From an uncultured Chitinophagales bacterium (GTDB lineage: Bacteria; Bacteroidota; Rhodothermia; Balneolales; HLUCCA01), in the NCBI GenBank assembly GCA_964412365.1, contig CAYPOI010000004.1, forward strand, positions 1-61,950: a stretch of DNA of 61,950 nucleotides, in the 5' to 3' direction. The notes under the pieces are model-generated. The model saw only the letters and a program-made list of their open reading frames with translations, made no database searches and was not told where the DNA came from. Shown here in pieces: positions 36,596-47,153 of the stretch. Positions within the stretch are counted from its first letter, which is position 1; every line of letters starts with the position of its first letter. Made by a program: the position numbers and the translations under genes.

Positions 36596-39127
36596 ATGGA
36601 TTTTATGAAACGTCTATTCTCTGTCTGTCTATTATTGGTCTTCAGCGCCCCATTGTTGGCGCAAACCCTGCAATCACCGGCCGAGTTTCTCGGTTACGAT
36701 ATGGGCGATCGCTTCACCTATCACCATCATGCCGTCGACTATGTCGAGCATGTGGCATCGGTCAGTTCGAATGTGACGATCGAGCGCTATGGAAAAACCT
36801 ATGAGGGTCGCCCATTGATGGTGGCGTTCATCTCCTCACAAGAAAACATGGATAAGCTTGAGCAGATCCGCGAAAACAACCTGCGTCGCGTGGGACTGAT
36901 TGAAGGAACTCCGGTGGATGATGGCATCACCATCGTCTGGCTGAGCCATAACATCCACGGAAACGAATCGGTGAGTTTGGAAGCGGCCTTGATGACCTTA
37001 TGGAAGTTGGCCGACAAATCGAACGCCGAAACCCAAGAATGGCTGAAAAACACGGTTGTCGTGATTGATCCGACCGTGAACCCCGATGGACGCGACCGTT
37101 ATGCGGTGTGGTACCATCAGACCGTCGGAAAACACATGGATGTGAACCGTTTCGCACGCGAGCATTACGAACCATGGCCAGGTGGACGTGCGAACCATTA
37201 TCTGTTCGATCTGAACCGTGATTGGGCGTGGCAGTCGCAACAAGAATCGCAAGTTCGTGCCAAGCTGTATCACAAATGGTACCCTCATGTGCATGCCGAT
37301 TTCCATGAGATGGGTCCGGATAGTCCTTACTATTTCGCTCCGGCCGCCGCACCATATCACGAGGCACTCACCAAATTCCAACGCGAATTTCAGTTCGAAA
37401 TCGGTCGCAACCATGCGCGTTATTTCGATAAAGACTATCGCCTCTACTACACCCGCGAAGTGTTCGATCTGTTCTATCCGAGTTATGGAGACACGTGGCC
37501 GACCTACCAAGGTGCCATCGGTATGACCTATGAACAAGGTGGAAGCGGGTTCGCCGGACTCGGGGTCATCATTTCCAACGGCGACACGCTCACCTTGAAG
37601 CATCGCATCGAAAACCAGCACAACGTCGGTCTCTCGACCGTCGAAGTATCGGCCAATAACGCGGCCACCATTTCGCGAGAGTTCACCAATTATTTCGCCA
37701 CATCACGGAGCAATCCGGTCGGCACATACAAAACATATGTCCTGAAAGACAATGGAAATCCGGACAATCTTCGCGAATTCCTTGATCTCTTGGACAATCA
37801 ACAAATACGCTATGGTTTGGCTCCGGCTCGTCGAACCGTGAACGGGTTTGATTACACCACAGGTCGCAACGGTTCGGTGACGGTCGAAACCACGGACATC
37901 CTTGTGAGTCTGTACCAGCCAAAATCCGTCTTGGCCAATGTCTTGTTAGAGCCACGTACGACGATTGTGGATTCGTTGACCTACGACATCACGGCTTGGT
38001 CACTGCCTTATGCCTACAATCTAAAAGCCTTCGCCCTTACCGAGCGCATCAACCCGAACTACACGGATGTCCGCAAACGCTTTGAATATGTGGCGCCAGA
38101 AGTCAGCATGACCGCGCTTCCCTATGCGTATGTGGCCGATTGGAAGAGTTTGGATGATGTCCGTTTCTTGGCTCAACTGCAACGAAACGGCGTGAAAGTG
38201 CGCTCGTCCGAAAAAGCCTTCACCATGGGCGAGAAAACCTATGCGCCCGGTGCCTTGGTCATCGCGCGTACCAGCAATGAAGGGTTGGGTACGGATTTCG
38301 ACCGCATCGTGAAGGAAGCCGCAGTAGAACATCAGCGCAACATCAATCCCGTCTTCACGGGTTTTGTGGATACGGGAGTGGATTTCGGCTCGGGCAGCGT
38401 CCGCTTCTTGAACGCACCGAAAGTGGCCGTTCTGGCCGGTGATGGTGTCAGCTCGCTGGCGTATGGCGAAGTCTGGCATTATTTCGACCAACAAATCGAG
38501 TATCCGCTCACATCCATCTGGATTCAAAATTTCGGGAATGTGGATTTGAGCCAGTTCAATGTGCTGATCCTAACATCCGGAAATTATCGTTCGGTTCTGA
38601 GTGGTGGGAACTTGGACAAACTGACGGCTTGGATCCGCGCCGGTGGAAAATTGATCGCGATGGAGGGTGTTGTGAGTCAGTTGGCTGGGCTCGACGACTT
38701 CAAGATGCTCACCCAAAAAAAATCAGGTGACGAGCCAAAAGGGGATGAATTGCTCCGTGTATATGGCCACCAAGAGCGCGAAAGCATGCGCGAATCCTTG
38801 GCCGGTGCCATCTACAAAGTGAACATGGATGCCACACATCCTCTCGGGTTCGGCTTCCCTGGCGTGTATTACACCATGAAGCGTGGATCTTCCGCGTTTG
38901 AGTACATGAAATCCGGCTGGAATGTCGGTACGATCCCAGCGGATGGATTTGTAAGTGGTTTCGTCGGTCACAAGCTCAAGCCGAACCTCGTCGAAACCCT
39001 CGTGTTCGGTGAAATCCCGATGGGCCGTGGGAAAGTCGTTGTGATGGTGGACAATCCTCTGTTCCGCGCGTTCTGGCACAGCGGCAAGATGATCTTTGGC
39101 AATGCCGTATTCCAAGTCGGGAACTGA
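36596..39127 (+). CDS. large M14-family metallocarboxypeptidase (secreted)
   Basis: Signal peptide. HxxE (NIHGNES), NPDGRD, DLNRDW, second His (HADFHEMG) and catalytic Glu (MTYEQGG). Long C-terminal extension. An alternative ATG lies at 36605. Confidence 0.85.
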   Translation: MDFMKRLFSVCLLLVFSAPLLAQTLQSPAEFLGYDMGDRFTYHHHAVDYVEHVASVSSNVTIERYGKTYEGRPLMVAFISSQENMDKLEQIRENNLRRVGLIEGTPVDDGITIVWLSHNIHGNESVSLEAALMTLWKLADKSNAETQEWLKNTVVVIDPTVNPDGRDRYAVWYHQTVGKHMDVNRFAREHYEPWPGGRANHYLFDLNRDWAWQSQQESQVRAKLYHKWYPHVHADFHEMGPDSPYYFAPAAAPYHEALTKFQREFQFEIGRNHARYFDKDYRLYYTREVFDLFYPSYGDTWPTYQGAIGMTYEQGGSGFAGLGVIISNGDTLTLKHRIENQHNVGLSTVEVSANNAATISREFTNYFATSRSNPVGTYKTYVLKDNGNPDNLREFLDLLDNQQIRYGLAPARRTVNGFDYTTGRNGSVTVETTDILVSLYQPKSVLANVLLEPRTTIVDSLTYDITAWSLPYAYNLKAFALTERINPNYTDVRKRFEYVAPEVSMTALPYAYVADWKSLDDVRFLAQLQRNGVKVRSSEKAFTMGEKTYAPGALVIARTSNEGLGTDFDRIVKEAAVEHQRNINPVFTGFVDTGVDFGSGSVRFLNAPKVAVLAGDGVSSLAYGEVWHYFDQQIEYPLTSIWIQNFGNVDLSQFNVLILTSGNYRSVLSGGNLDKLTAWIRAGGKLIAMEGVVSQLAGLDDFKMLTQKKSGDEPKGDELLRVYGHQERESMRESLAGAIYKVNMDATHPLGFGFPGVYYTMKRGSSAFEYMKSGWNVGTIPADGFVSGFVGHKLKPNLVETLVFGEIPMGRGKVVVMVDNPLFRAFWHSGKMIFGNAVFQVGN

Positions 39128-40040
39128 GTATAAGCGGGTCCTTTTAACCGGACCCACGGCTGTCGGAAAGACCGAACTCTCTCTGCGACTCGCGGAGAGG
39201 TTCGGTTTTTCCATTATTTCCGCCGATTCACGACAGTGCTATCGCCGGATGGATATCGGTACCGGCAAAGTATCTCCATCCGACCGCGCCCGCATCCCGC
39301 ATTACAATATTGATGTCCTTGACATCGAGGATGCCGATTCCGCCGCCGCATTCGTCAAGCGCGCGAAGATCTGGGAATCGCATGTCGATTGTCCGTTTTA
39401 TGTAGGCGGAAGCACCCTGCACATTCAAGGGGTGATTTGGCCATTGGACAACATGCCCACGGCAAATCTCGACCATCATGCCGAAATCGAGGCTTTGGAA
39501 ACCACCGGCGGACAATCCGCTGTGATGGAAAAACTGCGACTGGTCGATCCGGTGTATGCCGCATCGATGCAAGGCTATAATCGTCAGCGGGCGTTCCGCG
39601 CTTTGGATGTATGGATGCAGACCGGAAAGCCGTTCAGTTCCTTTCATCAGCATGCCGGGTATGTGGTTCCGGATGACACGTTGCTCATCGTCCTCACCGC
39701 ATCCAAAGAGACGCTATTGAAGCGGATCGACGCTCGAGTCAATGCCATGATGAATGCCGGATTACTGGCGGAAGTGGACCAAATTTTGGATTCGGGGGCG
39801 GATGTGAGCCTTCAATCGCTGCATACCGTCGGATATCGTGAATTGATCGAGTATCGAAGCGGAAACATCACCTTGGATGAAGCCGTGCGGGATATCCGGA
39901 CCAACACGTGGCGCTATGCGAAACGTCAATTGACGTGGTTCCGACGCTGGTCCGGCGTGCAATGGATTCATCGCGATGAACATGACGAATCCTCGTTGTT
40001 TGATGCGTTATCGGAAGCGATTCATCCCATAAAGCCGTAA
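39096..40040 (+). CDS. miaA: tRNA dimethylallyltransferase
   Basis: P-loop LTGPTAVGKTELS, SADSRQCYRRMDIGTGK, YAKRQLTWFR. Overlaps the upstream gene by about 30 nt. Confidence 0.9.
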   Translation: MAMPYSKSGTEYKRVLLTGPTAVGKTELSLRLAERFGFSIISADSRQCYRRMDIGTGKVSPSDRARIPHYNIDVLDIEDADSAAAFVKRAKIWESHVDCPFYVGGSTLHIQGVIWPLDNMPTANLDHHAEIEALETTGGQSAVMEKLRLVDPVYAASMQGYNRQRAFRALDVWMQTGKPFSSFHQHAGYVVPDDTLLIVLTASKETLLKRIDARVNAMMNAGLLAEVDQILDSGADVSLQSLHTVGYRELIEYRSGNITLDEAVRDIRTNTWRYAKRQLTWFRRWSGVQWIHRDEHDESSLFDALSEAIHPIKP

Positions 40041-40048
40041 ATTCGATC

Positions 40049-40297
40049 ATGTTCACAGCACACATCAACATCACCCTGCGTCCATCCATCTTGGACCCTA
40101 AAGGGAAAGCCGCCGGCGAAGCCTTGTCGCACCTCGGGTACGACGCCATCCGCTCTGTCCGCATCGGCAAATTCATTCAACTGACCATCGATGCCGCATC
40201 GAAGGAACAAGCCCATCAATTGGCCAAAGAAGCGTGCGAAAAGCTGCTTGCCAATGAAGTGATGGAAGATTTCACAATCGAAATCGAGGCCCGGTAA
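40049..40297 (+). CDS. purS: phosphoribosylformylglycinamidine synthase subunit PurS
   Basis: 82 aa with a PurS pattern ([19 protein letters not shown]). Directly precedes purQ with an overlapping stop/start. Confidence 0.9.
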   Translation: MFTAHINITLRPSILDPKGKAAGEALSHLGYDAIRSVRIGKFIQLTIDAASKEQAHQLAKEACEKLLANEVMEDFTIEIEAR

Positions 40298-41004
40298 TGT
40301 CCCGATTTTCCATCCTCGTGTTTCCCGGTTCCAATTGCGACCACGACGCCTATCATGCCGTCAAGCATGTGATGGGTGAGGAGGCGAATTTCATCTGGCA
40401 TAAGGAAACCGATCTTCAAAAACCGGACGTTGTGATTGTTCCTGGCGGATTCAGCTACGGAGATTACCTTCGTTGCGGCGCCATCGCACGGTTTTCTCCG
40501 GTCATGAATTCCGTAATCGAGTTCGCCAACAAAGGCGGATTGGTGATCGGAATCTGCAACGGCTTCCAGATTTTACTAGAAAGCGGATTGCTTCCCGGTG
40601 CCATGTTGCACAATCAGCAGCTCAAATTCGCGTGCAAACAGGTGTACCTGCGCACCGAAAGCACAGATTCGCCCTTCACGAACGAGATGACAGCCGGACA
40701 AGTATTGCAAGTCCCCATCGCCCACGGCGAAGGAAATTATGTGACGGATGCGGACGGCCTCAAAGCACTCGAAGACAACGACCGCATCCTGTTCCGCTAT
40801 TGTGATGCGGATGGAAAAACCACTGTGGAAGCCAACCCGAATGGCGCGATCTCGAACATCGCCGGAATCTGCAATGACCGACGCAACGTGATGGGGTTGA
40901 TGCCGCATCCGGAGCGGGCCATGGAATCGCAAATCGGCTCGACGGATGGGCGTCTCGTCTTCGCGTCGATACTCAACGCATTAGGGCAAACGCACCAGGC
41001 ATGA
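40297..41004 (+). CDS. purQ: phosphoribosylformylglycinamidine synthase subunit PurQ (glutamine amidotransferase)
   Basis: [12 protein letters not shown], nucleophile elbow GICNGFQIL, and MPHPER at the C-terminus. Confidence 0.92.
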   Translation: MSRFSILVFPGSNCDHDAYHAVKHVMGEEANFIWHKETDLQKPDVVIVPGGFSYGDYLRCGAIARFSPVMNSVIEFANKGGLVIGICNGFQILLESGLLPGAMLHNQQLKFACKQVYLRTESTDSPFTNEMTAGQVLQVPIAHGEGNYVTDADGLKALEDNDRILFRYCDADGKTTVEANPNGAISNIAGICNDRRNVMGLMPHPERAMESQIGSTDGRLVFASILNALGQTHQA

Positions 41005-41729
41005 CACTTCAGGGGCGCCATCTCGTCAAGCGCTATAAGAAGCGCACGGTAGTCAACGAGGTGTCGATCGAAGTGAAACGCGGGGAAATCGTTGGATTGC
41101 TAGGTCCGAATGGCGCCGGAAAAACCACCACATTTTATATGTTCGTGGGTGTGATCAAGCCGGAAGGCGGATCCATATTCTTGGATGATATGGATATCAC
41201 ATCCAAGCCGATGTATCAGCGGGCGCGCATGGGAATCGGCTATTTGTCACAGGAAGCGAGCGTGTTCCGCAATCTGACGGTCAGAGAGAATCTGGAATCG
41301 GTCTTGGAGTTTTTTCCAATCCCCAAGGCGGACATCCGCGAACGGGCGGATATTCTGTTGGAAGAATTCGGACTCACAAACGTGATGCAGACCAAAGGGT
41401 ATAGTTTATCGGGAGGAGAGCGGCGTCGGACGGAGATCGCCCGCGCCATGATCACAAATCCCGGTTTCCTGCTGTTGGATGAACCCTTTGCTGGCGTCGA
41501 TCCCATCGCGGTGGAAGACATCCAGAACATCGTTCAAATCCTGCGCGACAAAGGAATCGGCATCCTCATCACCGATCACAATGTGCATGAGACCTTGGCC
41601 ATCACAAATCGTGCCTATCTGATGTTCGAGGGACGCATTCTGAAAGAAGGAAACACACAGTATTTATCGGAGGACCCGGAAGCGCGTCGACTGTATCTCG
41701 GAAACACCTTTAAACTGGACCGATACTAA
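41001..41729 (+). CDS. lptB: LPS export ABC transporter ATP-binding protein
   Basis: Walker [13 protein letters not shown], LptB-type signature [14 protein letters not shown], Walker [13 protein letters not shown]. Confidence 0.88.
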   Translation: MTLQGRHLVKRYKKRTVVNEVSIEVKRGEIVGLLGPNGAGKTTTFYMFVGVIKPEGGSIFLDDMDITSKPMYQRARMGIGYLSQEASVFRNLTVRENLESVLEFFPIPKADIRERADILLEEFGLTNVMQTKGYSLSGGERRRTEIARAMITNPGFLLLDEPFAGVDPIAVEDIQNIVQILRDKGIGILITDHNVHETLAITNRAYLMFEGRILKEGNTQYLSEDPEARRLYLGNTFKLDRY

Positions 41730-41740
41730 ACCTTACTGCC

Positions 41741-42067
41741 ATGATCAACGAAATCAACGTCAACGACCTGAAAGAACGCCTCGACAAGGGCGAAAACATC
41801 TTCATCTTGGATGTGCGCGAGCCGCATGAGAACGAGGCGGCCGCCATTCCCGGCACCACTCTCATTCCGCTAGGATCGCTTCCTGATCGCATCGGTGAGT
41901 TGTCGCAATACAAAGAGGTGGAATTCGTGGTTCACTGCCGCAGTGGAGCGCGTAGTGCCAACGCCTGCCAATTCTTGATGGCCAATGGGTTCAAAAAGCC
42001 CGTGAATCTGCAAGGCGGCATCATGGCATGGGCTCGATTCATCGACCCCAGCATGATGGTGATGTGA
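41741..42067 (+). CDS. rhodanese-like single-domain sulfurtransferase
   Basis: 108 aa with active-site loop HCRSGARS. Confidence 0.85.
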   Translation: MINEINVNDLKERLDKGENIFILDVREPHENEAAAIPGTTLIPLGSLPDRIGELSQYKEVEFVVHCRSGARSANACQFLMANGFKKPVNLQGGIMAWARFIDPSMMVM

Positions 42068-42068
42068 T

Positions 42069-43289
42069 CTAAGCGATCGCGCCGATCTGATTGAGCAGTT
42101 CGTCGTTGCTCTTGGTGCGCTTTAGCACTTGGAGCAGGCTGCTCATGGATTCTTTGGGCGATTTGCGAAGCAGATACCGGCGGACCATGTTCCGTTCTTC
42201 AATCGCGTCTTCGATGAACTTGTGCTCGTTACGAGTACCGGACGCGGCGATGTTGATGGCTGGAAACACGCGGTCGTTCGCCAATTCGCGATCCAAGACC
42301 AGTTCCATGTTCCCGGTTCCTTTGAACTCCTCAAAAATGAGGTCGTCCATGCGGGAATTCGTTTCGATGAGGGCGGTAGCGATGATCGTGAGCGATCCTC
42401 CGCCTTCAATCTTGCGGGCGGAGCCGAAGATTTTCTTAGGGATTTCAAGGGCGCGGATGTCCAGACCGCCCGACATCGTGCGTCCGCCGCCGGTCTGAGC
42501 GGCGTTGTACGCACGACCCATCCGTGTGAGCGAATCAATCAACAGTACGCAATCTTCTCCCATTTCAGCGAGGCGTTTCATATAGCCGATGGCCAATTCC
42601 GAAACACGGGTATGGTTGTGTGTCGGTTTGTCGTTCGACGATGCGAAGACTTTCCCTTTCGTTGTGCGCATGAAATCGGTCACTTCCTCTGGACGTTCAT
42701 CCACCAGAAGCACACCCAGATGGATGTCGGGATAATGCTCGTCGATTGCATGTGCGATCTTTTTCAGGATCACCGTCTTCCCTGTACGAGGTGGTGCAAC
42801 AATCAGGGCGCGCTGTCCTCGTCCAACAGGAGAGATCAAATCCATCACGCGAAGCTCCACATCTTCTGGTTTGAACGCCAGTTGAAGGTATTCGATCGGC
42901 ATGATGGGGGTTTGCAATTCGAAACGCCGGGCTTTGGTCCATTTTTCAAACGGCCCGACATTCAGCATGTCGACGGTGGTGACATGCAAGTTTCCTTTCT
43001 GATCCCGCTCCATCTCACCCGACACATACAAACCGGTCTTGAGGTTCATGAACCGGACCTGGTCCGGAAACAGGAACGGATCGTTCAATGTTTTTGTGAA
43101 TTCGTGGTCGAACTTCCGGATGAATCCATAACCTTTCTCATTCACTTCAATCACACCCGAGTACTCGCCCGCAGGTTGAATCACGCCATTCGCAACGAAC
43201 TCCGGAATGAAGACCTGTTTGCCAGAGGGGCCGCCAGGTCCTTTTTTCTTGTTCTTATTAAATGGGCGTTTTCTGCGGTCGTTTCTCAT
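42069..43289 (-). CDS. rho: transcription termination factor Rho
   Basis: CSD-like RNA-binding segment (GYGFIR), Walker A APPRTGKT, LLVDERPEEV, SLTRMGRAYN, and a Rho C-terminal pattern. Confidence 0.92.
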   Translation of the reverse strand: MRNDRRKRPFNKNKKKGPGGPSGKQVFIPEFVANGVIQPAGEYSGVIEVNEKGYGFIRKFDHEFTKTLNDPFLFPDQVRFMNLKTGLYVSGEMERDQKGNLHVTTVDMLNVGPFEKWTKARRFELQTPIMPIEYLQLAFKPEDVELRVMDLISPVGRGQRALIVAPPRTGKTVILKKIAHAIDEHYPDIHLGVLLVDERPEEVTDFMRTTKGKVFASSNDKPTHNHTRVSELAIGYMKRLAEMGEDCVLLIDSLTRMGRAYNAAQTGGGRTMSGGLDIRALEIPKKIFGSARKIEGGGSLTIIATALIETNSRMDDLIFEEFKGTGNMELVLDRELANDRVFPAINIAASGTRNEHKFIEDAIEERNMVRRYLLRKSPKESMSSLLQVLKRTKSNDELLNQIGAIA

Positions 43290-43295
43290 GTGTGA

Positions 43296-44648
43296 TTATC
43301 TCACGCGGGTCGATTCGTTGATCCAGGCGTAGCATTCGCGAAGGGAACCGTTTACCTGAAGGCGGTCGCCGACAGTCCAGTTCTGGTAGAATTTTTCTTC
43401 GACAGATGGGGCGGAACGCTCATACTGAGCATAGGATCTCTCCACGGCACTGCGTACAGAGGCATCGGCACGTGCTTTGTCAAGATAATCCAGAATCAGC
43501 CAATACACCACTTTATCGAGACGGGTCAATTGTCCACCCGCACAAATGGTCACGGCTTGCGCATAGATCTGAGCGATAGCCAAATTCGGCTCACCCCATT
43601 CTGGGTCGTACGATGACGCACGGCGCGCATATTCGCGGGCACGTTGCAGATTGTCGAGGTTGCGGAACAGGTTCGCCAAATCCAAAGCCACGATTTTCAA
43701 TTCGGTCGGGTCTTGCGATTTGCCTAAAGCTTCTTCCATGTATTTGATGCCGAGGCGGTAGTCTGCGTTCGAAGACGCCATCACGCCCATACGACGTGTG
43801 TTGGCATAGTTCGCATCCGCTTTGTACAATTCTTCCGCGAGTTTCTGCGAATTTTCACGGTCGCCGACTCTCACATACAAATCGTACAATTGACCCATGA
43901 TGTCGATCGGGCAAACGCCGTCTGGGCATTGGGTAAGCAAGAACGCGATACGGTCTTCAGGATTACGGAACAGACGGTCGCGGATGCCATTGAAGGCGTC
44001 GACCGTGGCTGAATCGGCATGGGGTTGCGCGGCTTCCATGAAGGCGATCACTTCATCATTCCGGTTTTCAGAGACGAGATAATTGGCGAGGAACTGGGCG
44101 TAGAATCCGTCCGCATCGGTAACGAGGCGTTTTGGGTCTTTGTCATACAAAATCATGTATTGATCAAATGCCAATTGTTGGTTCTTCGAAATGTCGGAAT
44201 TGCCCAAAAGAAAACGTCCGTATTCATATCTCCAGCGGAATTCATCAATTTCTTCAGGCGTGAAAATGGTCAACACACGATCGTACAAGGTTTTTGCGGA
44301 ATCCAGGTACGTGGATTTGAGGATCGGATCGGCCGGGATCTTCGACATTTCTGCATAGACATTGATCATTCGGTCGAAATTTCGGTCACCACGGATTTCC
44401 TGTCTTCCGATGGTCAATGATTTCGGATGAGCGAGGATCAACCAGCGACCATACATCAAAAGCAGATCGAAGTCTTCCAAGGTGCGGTTCGGATTCGGAC
44501 GCATCACATTGGTGTATTCGCTTTGGAAAATGCCATACACTTCTTGAGCGGCAAGGCCATATGGTGCTTCTGGAATCGGATCGGTTTGAGCCTGTGCGTT
44601 TTGAACGCTGAAAGCGACCAATGCCAGGGTAAGAAGGAGTGATTTCAT
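43296..44648 (-). CDS. secreted TPR-like repeat protein, function unknown
   Basis: Signal peptide MKSLLLTLALVAFSVQNAQA. Helical-repeat-like composition. Ends 6 nt upstream of rho. Confidence 0.6.
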   Translation of the reverse strand: MKSLLLTLALVAFSVQNAQAQTDPIPEAPYGLAAQEVYGIFQSEYTNVMRPNPNRTLEDFDLLLMYGRWLILAHPKSLTIGRQEIRGDRNFDRMINVYAEMSKIPADPILKSTYLDSAKTLYDRVLTIFTPEEIDEFRWRYEYGRFLLGNSDISKNQQLAFDQYMILYDKDPKRLVTDADGFYAQFLANYLVSENRNDEVIAFMEAAQPHADSATVDAFNGIRDRLFRNPEDRIAFLLTQCPDGVCPIDIMGQLYDLYVRVGDRENSQKLAEELYKADANYANTRRMGVMASSNADYRLGIKYMEEALGKSQDPTELKIVALDLANLFRNLDNLQRAREYARRASSYDPEWGEPNLAIAQIYAQAVTICAGGQLTRLDKVVYWLILDYLDKARADASVRSAVERSYAQYERSAPSVEEKFYQNWTVGDRLQVNGSLRECYAWINESTRVR

Positions 44649-44670
44649 GATGATGACTTTCTTTGACGGA

Positions 44671-45945
44671 TTAATCGATTTTCCTTTGGAGGAACATCAG
44701 TTCTGATAGATTGAACGATACCCTAAATGTGATTATTTGCTCTCTAACCAAATCATGCGATGTGGTGCCTCGCAGTCCGTAGTCGACACTCAAGTCGATA
44801 CTGGAACCGGCTGACCGTGATGGAATCCCTAAACCCGCGCTGAAAACCAACGTCGAGATCGATGTGTCTGACAGCTGCAGATGTCCGGTATCGTAGGAGA
44901 TACCGCCGCGATACAAGAATCGGTTGAAGAACGTGTTATCGGAGCGACCGTCAGGAATATACTGAAACCCACCGCCGATTTTGGACCTGGATTTCATATA
45001 GCCGGGTGTCGACCCGTTAAAATCAGTGTAAGAACCCCAGTTTTGATGCATCCATTCGAGGGTTCCCAACCAAGAACGGTTTGTGCTGTAAGCGACGCCT
45101 AAGACGAATTCCGCGGGCAGTTGATTTTCGCCACGCCCGAATTTGGTGTCTTCGATTTGTGTGGTTCCATTGATGGCTTGACGGTCTCTCGCCAACAAAT
45201 CCGAGTTCAAATCGACAGGCAAGCTGTAAGTCGCTCCAATATGCAATCCATCATTGGTGGATAGAAGTTTCGAAAAGCTGCTGAATACGCCGAATTTGTT
45301 CCCAAATCCGATATTGCTCAAAATACGCTGGCGGTCCAGATTCTGGTATCCGATCACTTGGAACTCGATGGTCTCATGGTTCCGCAACGTGCCGAACACC
45401 AAGGATGGGGAATAACCGACAGACAGCCAATCGGTAAGGGCAACACCCATGCCAAATTCCATGCGGTTGAGTCCGCCAGTTCCGGTCAATGTCGACATGT
45501 AGCGCAAGGTGTCGATTCCGGCTACCGATTCAATCAAGTTGCTCGAGCGGTAGCTGTTTTCAGTGATCGGAAGCATGCCGAAGCTGAAACCTACTTTTTC
45601 GCGCACAATGGGGAATGTGATTTGCAAGGCCAAGGCATCCGCTTGGCTGTTCGACGACGTACCGGTTTGGTCGGTCGCATTCAGGTTGCGATACCCGAAT
45701 CCACCACCTGCCGTTGTGAAATACGCGCTGCTGTACAAAGCCGGATTGGCAAAACTGGTTCCGATGCGGTTTGAAAGTGCGACTCCGGTCACTCCCATCG
45801 AACTCCCGAATGAGGATCGATAATCGATTGGCATGCCCAATCCGAGATACGAATACATCGATGTTCCCTGCAACTCACTGCTCTGCGCGTGCATGCCGGT
45901 CGTTGCAGTCAATACCATCACTACGGTGAGTAAAATTGTTCTCAT
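44671..45945 (-). CDS. outer membrane beta-barrel protein (porin/FadL-like), function unknown
   Basis: Signal peptide and alternating amphipathic beta-strand-like composition rich in G/S/Y/F/N. No catalytic motifs. Confidence 0.6.
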   Translation of the reverse strand: MRTILLTVVMVLTATTGMHAQSSELQGTSMYSYLGLGMPIDYRSSFGSSMGVTGVALSNRIGTSFANPALYSSAYFTTAGGGFGYRNLNATDQTGTSSNSQADALALQITFPIVREKVGFSFGMLPITENSYRSSNLIESVAGIDTLRYMSTLTGTGGLNRMEFGMGVALTDWLSVGYSPSLVFGTLRNHETIEFQVIGYQNLDRQRILSNIGFGNKFGVFSSFSKLLSTNDGLHIGATYSLPVDLNSDLLARDRQAINGTTQIEDTKFGRGENQLPAEFVLGVAYSTNRSWLGTLEWMHQNWGSYTDFNGSTPGYMKSRSKIGGGFQYIPDGRSDNTFFNRFLYRGGISYDTGHLQLSDTSISTLVFSAGLGIPSRSAGSSIDLSVDYGLRGTTSHDLVREQIITFRVSFNLSELMFLQRKID

Positions 45946-45946
45946 A

Positions 45947-47134
45947 TCAATTTTCCTCGAAAGTGGTGGTGATCAGAACCGGTTTGCGGTCGGCCGAAAG
46001 ATGGTTGAAAAACAACTTAGGACTGACGGCGCCATTGTACCGGTTGGCGAGGAAATACAAGTCCCCTAGATTTTGATCCGTGGTGATCACACTGTTGTAG
46101 TAAGTGGTCATATTGCTCCGGAAAGTACCGGCATCCGAGCGGTTGACGAACAGGTTCGGGCTGTTGAAGATGGCGAAATTCGTCTCGTAATCTTCCAAGA
46201 CATAGATCGGGATTTGTGACGGGTCGAACCAGGCATGACCTGCGGGCAGTTGCGATTGCATCGTGAGCGTATCCACATACATCACCAATTCCACTCTGGA
46301 GGGGAATCGTGCACCAATGAACGCTTCCGAAAACGGAATATCCAAGATGCCCACCGTATTGAAATTATTTTCCACGATGGTCACGTCGTTCGGGAGCACC
46401 ATGGCGGATGGGGTTCGCTGCAGACTGTTGGCTGTCTGGCGGAATGTGATCGCGCGTCGGGTCAATGTCGTATCGTTTTGCTGCACAAAAATGGCAGATG
46501 TGAGCGCATCGATGGCGATGATCTTATCCGTATTCACACCACGCACGGCAAATCCGTAGATCGTATTCAAAAAGGTGGAGTCGCGGGACGCGCTGCTGTC
46601 ATTTTTACGTTCGAGATACCGATTGTACCATCCGGCAGGCAAATTGAATTTCACGGAGTCTTCATTCGTGACGGTGAATGTGTGCAGAACAGCCAGATCG
46701 GTTAGGGGAAGGGAGTCGAGCGTCCAAGCCTGTGCTCTCCAACGACGTGTGACTTCAAGCAGCTCATAGGTGCTGGTGGATGTCGTATCGCCGGTGATCC
46801 CATCGATGAACAACGTCATCACGAATGTCGCGTTCGCTCCGATCGAGTCGTTCCGGGAAATCAGCGAGGGCTGCATCAAACCGACGGCCTCATATCGTCC
46901 GAAGAGGGCATGATCGTAGATTCCAGCCGATACGAACGACAGGTTCCCTGAGTAGGCCTTCAGTTGGGTGGTTGAAATGCTCGGCACCGCAAGGGTGTCG
47001 CGTTTCAGTTGTGGGTTTTCCGGACCGAATGAACGGCCGACGGAACCAGGATTCTCACAATTCTGCAACACCAGCAAGGAGCCGGTGATGAGGATGAGAA
47101 GGGAGAAGCGGGAGAAGCGTGATGAGGAAGCCAA
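45947..47134 (-). CDS. lipoprotein, DUF4270-like, function unknown
   Basis: Lipobox LVLQNC. Sits directly downstream of the short glycogen-synthase-like gene, as DUF4270 genes do in Bacteroidota (family assignment is from memory, not searched). Apparent TTG start. Confidence 0.55.
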   Translation of the reverse strand: MASSSRFSRFSLLILITGSLLVLQNCENPGSVGRSFGPENPQLKRDTLAVPSISTTQLKAYSGNLSFVSAGIYDHALFGRYEAVGLMQPSLISRNDSIGANATFVMTLFIDGITGDTTSTSTYELLEVTRRWRAQAWTLDSLPLTDLAVLHTFTVTNEDSVKFNLPAGWYNRYLERKNDSSASRDSTFLNTIYGFAVRGVNTDKIIAIDALTSAIFVQQNDTTLTRRAITFRQTANSLQRTPSAMVLPNDVTIVENNFNTVGILDIPFSEAFIGARFPSRVELVMYVDTLTMQSQLPAGHAWFDPSQIPIYVLEDYETNFAIFNSPNLFVNRSDAGTFRSNMTTYYNSVITTDQNLGDLYFLANRYNGAVSPKLFFNHLSADRKPVLITTTFEEN

Positions 47135-47153
47135 GCGTATTCGGGATAATCAG

